From Balanoglossus misakiensis (Eukaryota; Animalia; Hemichordata), in contig CM082590.2 of assembly GCA_040954595.2 (NCBI GenBank), positions 10,504,088 through 10,568,087 on the forward strand: a DNA stretch of 64,000 nucleotides, read 5' to 3'. Position 1 is the stretch's first letter; each line of letters opens with the position of its first letter. The notes under the pieces are model-generated. The model saw nothing but the letters and a program-made list of their open reading frames with translations. It ran no database searches and was not told the origin of the DNA. Made by a program: the position numbers and the translations under genes. Shown here one piece after another: positions 1 through 15,190 of this stretch.

Positions 1-3000
1 TACACTTGTTGCTGGCAAAGTAAGGCAACCCTTCTTTGTTTTATGAAACAAGTCACGGAAACGAGCGATTTACCAGTAATGCCATTGATACTAGGTCTGG
101 TCATTAATGTAGCTTTGAAAATTAAGTATAAGCCGGTCGTTGTAATTTTGATCCGTGGTAATTGTTTTTAACCGTTATCCAATAATCCAATGGGGTAGTC
201 GGAGATTAAATTTTACTGGGGTATAACTGCTAGGCCATGAAATCATCTTGGAGCTTGCATATTGAATGAGCCATAAAAATCTCATACAGTGCTTCATTCT
301 TAGACAAGAATCTGAGCCATTAATTCAAAAAAGAAAGCAAGGAATAGAAAGTAAGGTTGTGCACGACAGAATTTCAGAAAAACCACCATTCTCCAAACAT
401 TTCAATTCAAGTTATCAAAATATGAGAAAATGTTTAAGACATTGATTATAGCAGCATGTACAACATTAGCGCAACATGACTTGACATGTCACAAAAAGAA
501 ATATACTTGCTCATTGTAGGTAACATAATGTGTGTTATACATTGATATGTTTTATATCATTGTTATAGTCGCGCAAAATTCAATGCATTGCTAGGAATGG
601 AGGTTGTTGAACTCCCCAAGGATGGAAATCAACCTTCAAACTTTTTCCCCAGAAAAGCTGAAAATCTTCGAAGCTTCATGAGCAGTTCATTCATGTTTAT
701 TGTGGGTTTATCTTTTAATTCTGCTTTGCGTCTCCATCCATTGATCCATCCACGAACTCATCTATACAGCTTGTCTTCTTATACCTGACTTAACCCACAA
801 GGTCATCGGACCTCTTTATAGAATAAAAGTTCTTTGTTAGCTTATCAGTTTCCAATACTTCTATTTCGTCCACTAGAAAGGTCAATTAAAATATGAAGGT
901 TAGAATTTTTCTCAGAACTAAGTTGATAGTCTAGTTGCCACTCACATTTTACAAAGGATTTCATCTGTATAATTGTGGCCAACTTCTCTAAAAGCCTATA
1001 GACACGTTTGATAATTAGGTTTGTTAATAATCTATGGAAATGAGCAGCTGAGGCAATCGGTGATACTTCGACAAGTTAGGGAGTCTTGAAATTCTTGATT
1101 TTCATGATCACGTTAACACAGCCACAAGAAGCGTTTGTATACTTGCGTTTGTAAACCATTTGTCTTGCAATTGATGCGACCTGGAATGCGAAAATTAAAG
1201 CACAGTCTTTGCGGTGTGACCCACACTTCTGCCCTTCTGACACTTGACTCCAACATTCTTGAAAACATTGCATTTCTTTGCATCTTTCAAAGCATACCCG
1301 CGATATCGCCCCAAGTATCACCATCACGAACACATTTCTCCACTTTTCAATTTTAATGTCAGGCGTCAGTTCTGTGCTGACGGGCAAATGCTTTTAACGT
1401 CTTAAGTACTCCAAGACGAAGGCAATATGCTCAGTATTGAACATGGAACTGTTGTTATGTACAAAGACCTGTGTTTCCAATATTCAACAACATTTTAAAG
1501 TAATAATACAAGACAGAAGTCAAACCCCAAGTATCACATAGTTCTCGGCTATATAGAACTGAATATTTCAGGCGTCTACTACGTACTGTTTCTTACTAGT
1601 GCTAGTACCTAACTACATCCTTTTGCATTTACCTCAGGATATGTGATTTGAATTCTAATATATGCCATTTTGAGGGAGGGAGGTTTCTCACATTGTTCCT
1701 TTGCATTTCACTCTAATATTGTTGATTGTAACTGAATGATTGTTACAGTGCTGTGGTAAATGCATATAGATTCATAGTAATCTTACGATATCTACATTTT
1801 CTACACAATCAAGTTAATAATGTCCACCATCTGTGGCCACCTGTGGAATCAAAAAGTTGTGAATTGCGCCATAAAGTTTCTTCCTCTGCTTACAACAGTC
1901 ATAGCATACTCCGTCACATATGTCAGACGTTTTCACTGCACAATTTGATTGATCAGGGATAAAATAAATATATGTATAAAATCGGCTCTGAATGCAAGGT
2001 AAATAGCCTCTAGGCTTCTGTCATTTCTAACTCATTTAAAAATTGTCCTCACTCTCAAACTGTCACCATGGTTACATGAACGAAAATGGAGAAAATTATT
2101 CCAGCGTAGCTAGGCTGTTGTCATCACGATATTACTGAATAAAACAGTATTTCCTTATATCATGTAGAGTTATATCATGCAAATTTTCAAGTCGGACTTC
2201 CTCTGTCAAAAGGGTATATTTGTAGCTCAATTTGAATATATGAATATACCATTATTTTGGTGTGGTCTTGTGATTTCACATGTTTGTCGATTTCTGCAAG
2301 ACTGTAGGAAAGGTGTTGAAACCTCGTTGAGATAAATCACAGCACATACACTTCCGACATTTGCATGTTCAATTGCTAATTTGAAATCTGAACACGCTTA
2401 TTTCCTCAAAAGCGAAAATGCCCGGAGGCGTTGAATAGATTTGTTGCTATTGAAGTGGACTTAATCCATAGGTGACAATACTGTGATGTGTTTATCTGAA
2501 GCAACCATGAGCTTTTTCATTCGAGAATGATTAATAATATTAGTTTCTAAAGATTTAATAATATCCTCAAACACTTCGACCTGTAGGGCGGTCCACAACA
2601 TGATGGATGGGAAACCTACTCAATTACGTAAATTGCCAATGGATATAATAGTGTTTGCTCAAGCATTTTAAACATTGTACAGTGCAATTGAGCATTTAAC
2701 TTTATATTGATTTTGCTAATCGATGTTTAAGGTTCACATTCTATAAAACATGAACCATGGCAACACTGAAATGGTTGACAATTAAATGAAAGAAAAAAGA
2801 ATTGCAATTATAGAATTGAAATGATTAAGTTTGCATAAGTTCCTGAAGTGTGTCTTAAGATTTGTCAGTTAACTTTCAGTACATTCAGTAATTAGATAAT
2901 GTTCTTTGATGTTAGAGCTGATAACACCATAAAAGGGATTAAGCTAAGTTATGCTTTATAACTATGTGCCATTTAACATCCTTTTCCGATGTGTTGGTGA

Positions 3001-6000
3001 AAGGTCTCCGTCATTCATTCTGTTGTGCAATTGGTGTATAGACAGGCAGTTTTGGGCTAGGATGTGTACATCTGGCCCCATCTATCTGACAGAACATAGA
3101 TGCGGTAGTCACAGCTGTCTTACAATATCAAATAGTAATTTCGAGCCCTGGAAGTTGAAAGTAATTTTGAAACTATAGAAAGAAATACTAATCAAACAAA
3201 GCCTTCTCCTGCAGTTGATGGGTTGATCAGTTTGTGGCCAGTTACTGACCAATGCTGTTTTAACTCGAATGAAAGTTCAGATTACAAAATGCGGACAGTG
3301 TCAATGCATACACGTGGTCCCAGTGCGTTAACAGAATTTTAAAATCACGGACCCTTTAACCCTGACTACACATGCTGTCTTTGATTTGAAGCCTTCTCTT
3401 GTTAATAGCAGGAAATAGACCGAGTCGTTTACATGCGGCTAGAACAGGAAAGTAATGACGCGCAAATAGTTTTTAGAGCAACTGGGGAACCTATTACCGG
3501 CGAGAAATATTTGTTTATGCACCCCTAACAGGAATCCATGCCGGCAGTATACTAACAGCCATCCGTTTAAATGTGCGATTCTAATGCGAGTTCCATGTGA
3601 AAAATGTGTAATGGTTACTATGCTGCAGATGGTATGTCCGATGGCAAACAGTGCAAATGGCACATTCCCGAAGTTTTCGCTCTGTGATTAAAGATTACGT
3701 TTTCAGTTTCCTGTGGCGATAGTCAAAAAAGATCACGTTCCCTGCTCTCTGCTTCAGGTGGCAAATGCTCTCTCGCTCAAAGTCACAATTTTCTGCTGAA
3801 AATACTGTCGTTGAAAGCTTGTGACAGCCTGGTTATGTACTACGCTGCTTATTCGCATTGGATTTTGTTTAGTGGTGTTGGTTTTTCATTCCATACGAAT
3901 TAGATTGTGTTAGACTAAGCAGAATGGGGGTATTGGCTAAACCCTTTTCTCAATCATACAGTTCCATTATTTTTTATTCAGACTAAAGTCGCGAGAAAGG
4001 TTAGGCATTTTGAGGTACACATTGAAATATCTGCAGATTACAAACCAGACATCACTTAAAAAACAACAGCAAGAAATCTTCAGAGACAGCATGTATAATT
4101 GCACATTGGAGAGTTGGCGAAACGAAAGACATTATTCATATGATTAAATGCTGGCGGTATTGGCACACTTGAATTGAAACAAGAACCACCTGCCACAGGT
4201 GACGAGAATTACTTCTCATGGAAACGCCCACACTTTCGCAAATGAACCTTAAACAGTTAAATGCTAAGAAATGATCTTTAGAATCTAATTTATTACATGA
4301 GTTTGAAATTGTCGCCTGATTATGTGGACGAGACTACATGTGGGTGTAAGTGCATACGTATAAAATGGTCTGGGACATCCAATACCTGTCTGTATCTTGC
4401 CTTGAGCTCAATCACGAGTCTATTTATATTGCTACCACCCTTTCCCCGCCGCGAGGTGTTGAACAGGCGTGCTTGAGGAAAAGTGTCACCTTCTTTCCAT
4501 ATCTAGCATAAGCCGGGACATATTGACAGACTTCGGTGTAAGTAATATCATTATCAAAGCAAGCGATCAATATTTTGCATACTGCTTTGCACTATTATCA
4601 CACCAGTTTTCATTAGCGCATTGATTGTGCATTGATTGCGTTCTGCACAGGTGTATCTCAGAAAGGAATGTGTAAAAAATAATTCAATATTTGTCCGAGG
4701 CTACTTAGCGATCCGACGGATTGTTTCTAAGGCGCCTCACTCATCATTTTTCATCCCTTGCTTGATACAAATCTCAAAATATCATCCCATGTGAGATTGG
4801 TTTTTCGATAATACTGATAACGCCACGCTAGTAGCAAGATTGTTTATTATAAGCCGTTGTGAAAATTGCCCAATGATTATCTGATTTCTGTGCTATTAAA
4901 ACATGCACGTTTTAAATTCCAATTTTGTATCCAATCAGTGAAATTTATATCCGTGTCTTCTCAAAGTTTATGCATTGAACCCGAACAACAAACATGCCTT
5001 TTACCGCGATAATATTCAAACTACATACCCAGATGCGAGACCCAAAATAAATGTTCTCAGGATCCACATGTTTCCAATTCCTTGCTTTCATTTCAATAAC
5101 ACGTTCTTTTCCCACTGTATGTGTGGCCACTAACATGTCTCCATATGCGTTTTACCCACTAAGTATACAATGTCTTGCTTCAGCTAGATAACAGGCATTA
5201 TTGCCAATACTATTTAACCTTCTCTTATCAATATTGCGGCAACTTAAAAGAACTCAAATGGAACAACTTCCATGTCGGTCGCGATTTACATCCTGAAAAT
5301 CAAATAGAGAAACGCAACGACGGGGTTACCATTTTAATTTTGTTTTCTATCCGGCAGAAGTTAATTCCAACATTTCCACTGAGAACATAATCCGATTAAA
5401 GAAAGTCTTCCGAAATTTAATTTCACTGCTGCATTTTCCTCTCAGCAAGGGGGTCCAGCCACAACAATCGTTGAGTTAGAGAATTTCAAACCGGAGAAAA
5501 TGTCGAAACGTGGAATGGATATTCGCGCTAAGGGCAAAGGAAGTAAGGATCTTTTTACTTTATAAAAGCTAAGTCTATAAATTTGGCCCTTAATGGAGCC
5601 GTCTTGGTGACAATGTTTATTTCCCTCACCCGAGGCTCATATCTAAATGGGGAGAAACGTGTGAAAAACGGATTAAAATGTATCAACGTTACTCAAAAGT
5701 CTTGTTCTCACTAAAAGTTTCGACACTGGTGTTATGCCAGTGTTTACTCTCTGCAAACACAGGGGATTAGCCCACAGAATCTCCGTGCGTCCACACACTA
5801 AACTTTTGGCCACTGTTTTGAAATAAACACCGTCTAAATGGCCATGTTTAGCAACACGGCAACTAACAAAATTGAGGGCGTCGAGGACATTACAGCAACA
5901 TGTTTCAGTTTCTATACCTGCATATGCTTCATGACAGTTTTGATAATGTTTAGAAGTAATTGAATGTTAATCCATAAATGGAAAATGCCTCAGCTTTTCG

Positions 6001-9000
6001 GTGATCGAGAGAATCTTCTGAAAGTTGGTAGCAGACAGAAGTGTTGCAGACCTGGCAAACTGCGAATGGTTTGAAAAACACTCACGTCCAGTGTGATTGA
6101 CTTCACGAACTGGAAACTGACCAAAGACAATGGGCTATACCTAATAAACATACCCAAAAGTCATTGCAGGGTGGCGCTTTTGAACGGTGTTTGTTTATCT
6201 TTGCGTTCTCACTGCATATTTGCGTCGGAGCGCTGGCCCAGCACTGGCCCTGACCCACCACCCATCGCCGTCGCAAATCAACACCGGCGCAACACCGGCG
6301 TAAAGCGTTCTCACTTGTTTTTTTCCGTCGGTGTCAAATCTACACCGTTGTAGCACCGGTGTAAACGTGCCAGTGAGAACTGTTCGGAGTTTCTTGTCCA
6401 CATTACACTAAGTCGTGTTTGTGTTATACGCGATATTATATTAATACACCGCTTAGTAAAATAAGAACATACCAGACTGTAGTGTAGCTTGTACGTAGCC
6501 TTTTACGATATTGCGTCAAACTGGGATCACTTTCGTTCCCTTTATTTCAGTGTACATTTAAGTGGAGCACATTAACCCAGAATTTTTCATAGACTTCAAA
6601 AACTATCCTTGCGATTTTTCTTATGTGAAGATTACCAATTGATTATCAATTTCTGCTTTTTCATATGTTCGCCTATTGTATACCCAGTTCCCCCATTAAA
6701 CATGTCACATTGACAAATGCAATATGTATCCACATTATATGCATGCTATACTCATAGTAAAATGTCCTATCTAACAGATATGATATTAATCTCCTCGTCT
6801 AAAGGTCTGTTTATCTCCGGATAGGGTTTTTGATTCAAACGGGGAAGATTTATAAAGAACACGTATATACGATAATGATCCGCAAACACGTCAAATGTGG
6901 GAACCTGTGGTTGCCTTATCAACAGTTCACGATTGTATGAGATATTGAAAGTGCAAATTCTGAAGGTCAGATGTGTAGATATAATAGCCAGGATGTGATG
7001 CGTGCCAATATCTATTTGGAATATATGATACATTTTAAAGGTTACAGTTGAAAGAAGAAATAGTAAAATGAGGAAGAAATCTAACCCTACCTAAGTTAAA
7101 GGGACAAAGTCTCTCTGTCGCTGCCCTTTTTCCATTAAATTCTGTTTGATACAAGACACTGTTTATGTTATTCTACATGTGGATATATAGTGAATCAACA
7201 TTTGACCACACACACCTTCCATCCCGCTTGTGGAAACGAAATTGAAAAAACTGAAATAACCAAAATGAATAATCACAGCATAGCATATGGCATGGGCAAA
7301 AGTCGCCAAATATTGAAACTCTGTAACCAAACAGTCCCTTTTGATTAAAAGACAGTACGTGTGTTGTCCTTTTCAACAGAGCAAAAAGATAACTTTCTAT
7401 ACACGGCTAGATCAAAAGCATAACAGAGTATCCATTCATAAGATGTATTTGACACTCAAACAAAGGTTGATAGCGTAAATATTTCATAGAATTGTTATCT
7501 GTAAGGGTAGTGTTTTAATAGCGCTTCGCCAATCCTTTGCAATTTGAAGAAAACATGTATTCAATGAAACATAGCCCTTACTCTTGTTGAAAGATAAGCG
7601 ATGTAAATAATTATTTTGATAAGCTTTGGCACCGAGAACAGTATCTGCCATTTGGCGATGAGTAAACTTTTCTTTCTGCAAGAGCGACAACTGGCAATCA
7701 GACTGTATACAATCAGGGAAAAACTGAGCATGTTTGATAAATGTTCGCACTTGCGAACGACATTATCATGATTGCATTATGTGAAGATCATGAGAATACA
7801 CTTTTAAAGAGACAAGATGGCTGCGTGGGAGTTGTATAAGGGCATTATTTTGATGGAGAAACGGTTCACAATGGGTCTATTTTTCTAGAGTGTTAGTTTG
7901 GTCTTTCTTCATTCAAATTATAGACACATTCGGACAGTTTAATCACCTAATGTGCACAGCGTGGATAATACAACATTTTAATTAGCGTTTCAATTAAGTA
8001 CATGATTCAAACATTCAGGTGGTCCATTGAAAATCTAAAAATGAATATCAGTGACAGTTTCTTTGACAAATTAATCTGCCAGATGACGTTGTGTGCTGGT
8101 TTGGTCACCTGACATGAACTCTACCTAGCAGATAGGTCGCGCATTACTGGAATGAAACACATCGGCATATTGTCTGATATAGGTTAAATTCAACTGATAT
8201 ATTTCCTTGGGAATGTGTGTAAAACAGCTAGCATTCACTTGTAATGAAACTGTTTGACCTATGAAGTGCTGACTAGAATCTTTTAGTGGAAATTTATTTT
8301 AACAGGCAAGTGCGATCAGTTAGAACTAGTCTTGTGGTTCCCAGATTCCTTCGGGGCAACACTTCCCACTTATAAACTTTCCATTAGACGCAGTCAACTG
8401 ACCACGAAGAGAAACATAGTGTACGCAAACCTTTAATATTTTATCATTTGAGTCACACCAAAGATACGTGTCTCGCATGTGAAACGAAACAAGTGTTTTA
8501 AAGCACTTACATGGCCAACAAAAGTTTCACCACGACAGGCAGTTAAAGCAACACATCATTTTCAGTTCAAAGTGAGATCTGGCGAGACTTACTATACCGA
8601 AGTAACAGTGTTCTAGCCAAGTAATATAAGTCAAGCTTTGTACAAAACTAGAATAAGCGCAGAGTTTAACATATATGAAATGTGCTGCCAAGAGATTAGC
8701 ATGACTCATCCTATGTAGAGACAGTGGATAGATTCTCAAGATCATACACTCTGCGATTTTCGCTGGTGAGACTAGAAGGAATAAATATCCACATTAATTA
8801 TACATAACCAAGACAGCTACGGACGTGTGTAGCAACACATTAAGTCGTTTGGTTTCAAATGTGTGTCTGTGTGTATTCGTAGTGCACATATCGGTTTAGA
8901 TCCTCATTGGGGGCTGATGGAGCTTTATGCAAATTGCCTCCCTTTTGGTAACAGATGTTTCTCGATACGTAATAATGATTCTATATCGCCAGTCACCAAA

Positions 9001-11347
9001 GCGTTACGACTATTCTTAAAAGGAAACCGAACTGAAACCTAGAGCATAAATCATTTAAGTGTACACCAGTGCTATCGGCTTACCGGTAGTGAAGTCTCTC
9101 GAGCTGACGTAATAATGGCCCTCACTCATAAGCATTGCTTTTACAATTCTTCATAAAAGAAAGTAAGTGTCAGTGAACTCAGAGTTTAATATTTGCTCGC
9201 TTAAGGATCTCGGTTTTACGATCAATAATATGGATAACTGCATATACATTATTTATTTAAACTATGAAGGAGGGAGTTCTTAAAATTTACTATGTCTACT
9301 AACTACTTCAGCAGACAGACACTGACGGAGGTCTTATTTTTTTACCAAACATACCATTTAAACATCGATGTTGTTTTCCTTTGCAAAAGAAGTTTTAAGA
9401 CAGTGATCTGTTAGCTGATGACTATGAGTGGAAGATTGGACAGCTATGCTCTGCTAAGTTTACAGATGGTGAACAGTGGTGCAGAGCTTTTGGTAACATT
9501 CTCCACTCTTGAACAACCTCCCACCTTGCTTGTATACATTACGCAAATACTAAATTGTCACAAAGGAGGGAATACACCGGATATTTGTCATCTGGGGATT
9601 CATGTTCTATTTTTATATCCAGACTTAGGCTTTGTTATGGTGGAGAACACGTATACATATCAGTGGGCAGGATGAATGAACAACATCTAACACAGAGGAA
9701 ATTGTTCATGTTTTCCTAAGTCTCATACGCTCACGACGGCCCACCTTTAATTAATTAATATAACTGAAAAGGGACAATTGCTTAGCAGGCTTGTATCAGA
9801 ATTAGTACCAGGTGACACTTTTGTATATGGCATTAGGAGGCTCTCGTTAAAGAAATACCATCAGGACATAAGTACAGACAGGCGCCAATTGGAATTGATT
9901 CAAACTTATACTCACGTTCAGTATGTTTTCATTAGTCTTTTGAATGATCGTGAAGTTTTTCTTACCTGGTTACAAACTGATAGCATTCTTGCTATTAGTA
10001 TCTGTCGCAATTACGCAAGTGTCAGCTAATGTAGATTTTGTAAGTTTATGTAAATCCCAGAATATGTGCAGTGGATGACCAAGCTTCATGAGCCGAACAA
10101 TCCTAGTGAGCTTACTGATGGGTGACCCTAAGTGAACTAATGTAGGGCACGACTATAGGCATTATCAGATTAGGCAAGGAGTGTGCGCTTGAGCTTGGAA
10201 AAAGGAACTGGAAATTCAGTCGCAGACAAGGCGAGACTCAGTAGGTACTTAGATCTCCTAATCAAGTCTAAATTAGTACACACAGGATTAAACCTTTCCT
10301 GGATTAGCCATAAGATGTACCATTATTTGAAAAGAACACATACTTGAAAATAGTGAGGCTTACGTGCAAGAAAGTTGGCGACTTAATCTGTGATCTTTTA
10401 AATTGGCGGGAAAGTTTCTTGACTGAAAACGATAATTAATTGGCTGTTTATTTGGCTTCGGACATAAAGCTTGTCATGGATTTTATAGTTTACACCAAAA
10501 GCTTACAATGGTAGTAAATAAAGATGTTTCAAGGTTTCTGAAAAGTATGCCTTAACTGATGGTGTGATGACCTTATCAGATCTCGGCAAGTATTGGTCTC
10601 AGTGTTCAACGTGGAGCCTTCGTATTCTAATCGCCCTTCATTTATATGCGAGATTATGTTTCAAAGCAGATATAAAACAGTTTGCTCGATATTGATCGAC
10701 TCAATTCTAAGAAATATCATACAGGTCGCAGCAAAAATATGTCTGCATATAACTACTAGCTATCAAATAGGTAAATAGATCAGGGATTACTAAAAATAGG
10801 ACAATAAAATTAAAAACAATATACTCCATACAGGGGAAACCTGGGCCCACTTTTCTTGAAATAGAAATCTTCCTGGAAATTGGTTGGCATGTGTTCGCCG
10901 AACAAATTACAAGCAATAAATATTTTACGGCATATATGATCTTTTATTTTTTCCACTACAGCATTTTTTTCCACTTCGTGTATATCCCAGGCTACACAGA
11001 ATGCCTTCGTGTTAACATGTACATAAAAACGAAAGCTGATTGAAAACGCATGTTGTGCAGATACCACATATCTCGATGGCTTGTGATACAATCCATTAGG
11101 AAGAGCGTTAACACAACCCACATTTTAGGTTCCGAGCCCAGAGACTTCTTCAATTTCATCTATGTGCAAATTGGAGAGGACTTATGGTCCGGGGTAATTC
11201 TAGCTATCCTCCCTAAACCCATGTCGAGTAGGAAAAGCCGATTTCTTTTTTCTTCGCCGCAGGGGAAATTCTAGTAATGCATATTCGCTGAGATAATCGA
11301 GTTGGCAACTTTCATCTTTTACCAGGCATGTGTGTGGTGCCCTGGGC

Positions 11348-11622
11348 TCCTTTACACTGTAAGCATAAAGTGCGGGCTTTCTTAACAGAAGGTGATTATT
11401 TTCTGAGGATGACCGTTGGAAAGACTGGTCCTTTACACTGTATCCATAAAGTGCCAGCTTTCTCCACAGAAATGATTATTTGTTGAAGATGAACCGTTCA
11501 TAAAAAATTGTCAATTTCCTAAATTGCTGACAGCGTTCGAAAGACAGGTCTTTTACACTGTAAGCATAAAGTGCAGGCTTTTTTAAGAAGGTGATTATTT
11601 TTTGAGATTGACTGTTGGAAAT
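11348..11622. repeat. Three diverged direct repeats of an ~80-bp unit
   Basis: (c/t)tttacactgta(ag/tc)cataaagtgc...tgattattt...gttggaaa recurs at ~11349, ~11430 and ~11550. Confidence 0.8.
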
Positions 11623-14600
11623 ACTAGCCATATTTTGTCCGCTTTGCTTGACAAACTACGGCTAGATACGAACTCAGTCTGACAAAAAGAGCACAGAGAT
11701 TTTTACATGTAGTGAAACCATCAGATACCAATATCAGGTTCGCTTGCACCATCGGAAACAATATAAAAACACCATCAACATGTCCCTGGAGTTAATTGTA
11801 GATCCGTTAGCTGAGACTTTTGGACATGTTCTAGTGCTTGTGTTAAGTGCAGTTACTTATTCTCCTCCATTTAACATAGTAACCCATTATTCTACTTGGT
11901 ACCAATATGTCCTGTAACGCGCAACTACCAATGCCAAATGAAGTTCTGACTGAAATTCCATTTTCAAGTACCGGTATATACTTCACCACTACACGAAGAT
12001 GCTGTAGTTGTTACATGTAGGCTTGTTACCTGTATTTCATGCCTTATGAATTCGATCATAAACAGAAGTTGATGTAAACATTAATATCGTGGAAAAAATA
12101 ACCTTGACAAAACCTTATGGGAACCTGGGTGATGAGTGAAGGTCTAGCATACATATAACGTATGTCAGACAGTCATTACTAGGAGATAGACCACAAGATG
12201 TGTGTAAAGAAACTTAGGAAATAGATTAGCTTCGTTTTCTAAACGTGCATACATACTTGGCTTTTTTCAATCGGCGACACATGCTTTAAAGTCAATGACC
12301 GGTGGTGAATGGGCCATTTTATCGCAATGAAAGTCACATTGATTTCGTTGGCTGAGTAATTTTCCTCAAGTAATAATACAATTTCACAGTTGGGATTCTT
12401 TTCTGTTCATCTTTCATGCCCATTTTGTCTGGAAATGTAGGAAAGAGCCAAAATCTAACCCACTGGGTCTGTCACCAAGTGAAACAAAACCACACAGAGA
12501 CACTTTAAAAGGTAGAAAAGAAATCAGCAAGTGAATAAGAGGAAACACGATTTTTCTTTGGTGACTTTTAACAGTTTCCTTCGAATGACAATCATGAAAG
12601 GCATGATTGGTACAAACCACCTCATAGTGAGCGCATGGAAAGTTTATTACGCTGTCACTCTATGTACGATATTGCGATAAAGATCAGAAGAAGTACATTG
12701 TTTTATATGCATGGATAATTCCTCTAAGAGACATGGCAAAATCAAAAGTGGGTATAACTATCCACATATTAGCTGGGTCATTGTTGTCAAGTGTGACATA
12801 GAATCTGTACTGACTGAGGAATTCTTCTTATGAATGCATGGCGCCGTATTTGACACACTCTCACCATGCGAGTTTGGCTGGCACAGTCAGTAACTGGCGT
12901 CATGTTGCCCTGTTTTGACGATGAGTAGGAAACGAGTTTTTTACATTTTTGTCAGATGTTATTAAATGCAAGTTACAAAAACAACACTCGAATGATGTTT
13001 TGCTTCAGTCTGTGTTAAAAATTGCTGAATTTAACTTAGGAGATGAGCGTTTGAAAGTTATGAAGCAAGCATTATCATGTTTCAAGATGTTTATTAACAA
13101 CATAACGGTTACTTCCATCTTCACGTGGTACAGAGAAGCTACGCTCTACTAAGCTTTCACAAATGATAAATTCTTTTTTTAATTACAAACTTAAGAAATT
13201 AACAAGAATTTGTAACATCCATTTTTTGTGTGATTTGGAACCGGTTTGTTCGGTAATGTTCCAAAGATAATTAAGTGTGTTGGCAAACTTGTCCCTCGTA
13301 ATAACAGAGAAGGATGATAGACACATGTAGGTTTTAAAAGACATATAGACTTACCAATTAGATCCCATGTGTCCTATTGGCACATACTTGAAGGCCATTA
13401 CTAGTGATATTGATAACACTGTAGACCACCGCAGGGTGATTTTTATTAGCCATCTTACAGGAACCATTTGGACATGATGGTGGGTAATGTTATCACGGAT
13501 GAAAGGCTATACCTCGGGTTGACCCTGTTTCAAAACATGTTCGCGGGATAAAATACACACATGTGCACTTGAGAACATATTGGCATAGCTTGCAATGCTA
13601 TGTAAACATTGATATATATTAGGAAACAAATCATCTTAGCGTAGAAATGTACTGTACAGCAGTTGTTTGCATGAAGTAACAACTTCCAAGGACAACATCA
13701 CAGCAAATGATCTAAGATGGCTCTGGCCATGCAAGGCTTGGTCAACAGTAGATTCATGTAAATATTTTTAGAGCAAAACAGGTTTTATGATTACAATTAT
13801 TGAAAAATTGATTCTTTGAAGAACAAACGTTGTCATGAGCTTCCCCACGTAGTCTGATATATATGTGTCAAACAACTATTCTATTCTCTTCGGGCTGATC
13901 ATTTTTTACTAACCATAAATGCAGTCATTAATTTTAATGCAGAGAGACTACTTTAATAGAGAAAATAATAGCTTAATTGGCATTCTTGGCAATGACAGGG
14001 CGCAGAGAGAAGGGGCGTAATATGATCATCCTGTTGACGAAGAAAAAATCTAAATTAATTGGGGTTCCTCAGTAAATTAGACAGAAGAAAATGTTGTCTC
14101 AATGGAATGACTGCAGAAATCTGTCTAATAGTGCAGCGTTGAATATGTATGCTGATATGTGCAGCTTTTATAAATTGACGTGAATGTATATCATTTCATG
14201 GTGGAGTTTCTGACAGTTTGACTTTTTAGAAGCACGAGGTTAAAAGACGATTTTCCGGTCGGAATCGACAATTGAAAGCACCACTAATAACCGTCCTCTT
14301 GCCTATGTATTCAACTTCTCTAGCTGAGAGTAGCAGATATCTGAAGGCTAACTGTTATGTTGGCTGAATATCAACCAACACTTCGCGACCTTCACATCTA
14401 GCTCAGCCACAGAATATTCATGTACAATTTGCAAATGTAGTAATGGTGTTGACACTGTCATTTTGTCACAGCCTTGACTGCAAGGCCTTGGATATTTTTA
14501 TGCAAATAGTGGGTTGATTTTGTCTTTGTGCTGGTACGGCGTGGGTAAACTTTTTCTAGTCCACCATACATGCAGGTACAAAGTATGACCGACATTGATT

Positions 14601-15190
14601 AAAGGGGGGGGCGGTTCATGCTAGATTTATCGGCTTTGTTGTCACTATCCTTGCCGGTGGCGAAATAAAAATAACTCTTGCAGGAGGGAAAGTATGTTGG
14701 CCAGCAACAGAGGGAATTGGTCAGTTATCAGGGCTATTTTTTCATTCATGTATCCCTACCCACACTTCCCTTTCTTTCTATTGGTCTGAACTGTGTCATT
14801 GCTTCCATCTTTGACTTACAGATTGGTGTATGCCAAGTGCCACTTGCTTTACTATCCCTTCTTTGTATACCAGTGCTTTACCTGGTGTGATCTATGATGT
14901 ATGCTGCTTTCACAGATTTGGCTTTGTTGTTTCTGCTTTGCTGGTTGTCTCTGTTGTGCTATGCTGTGCTATGCTGTGCTGTTCTTCGTTGTGCTGCACT
15001 GTTTTGTTTGTCTTGCAATTGGCTATGAGAAAGTGATACATTAGACGTAGATGGTATAACCGCAAATTTATTGCACACGCTTTTGCTGTTCTTAGTCCAT
15101 TGGCGACTTTAATCATTATCATGTGATTTACCTGTATTGATTCGATATTAAATTTGTTTGTTATTTTCGTTTCCTAGGAACAAATGAACA

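Noticed and set aside
5700-6380. Palindromic caccgg/gttctcact...agtgagaac motifs
   Set aside because: Probably a decayed MITE; boundaries and TSD could not be defined.
1-14300. Short ORFs of 60-103 aa in the first 14 kb
   Set aside because: No recognisable domains or consistent exon chains; likely intergenic DNA or GPCR 5' intron with decayed repeats.
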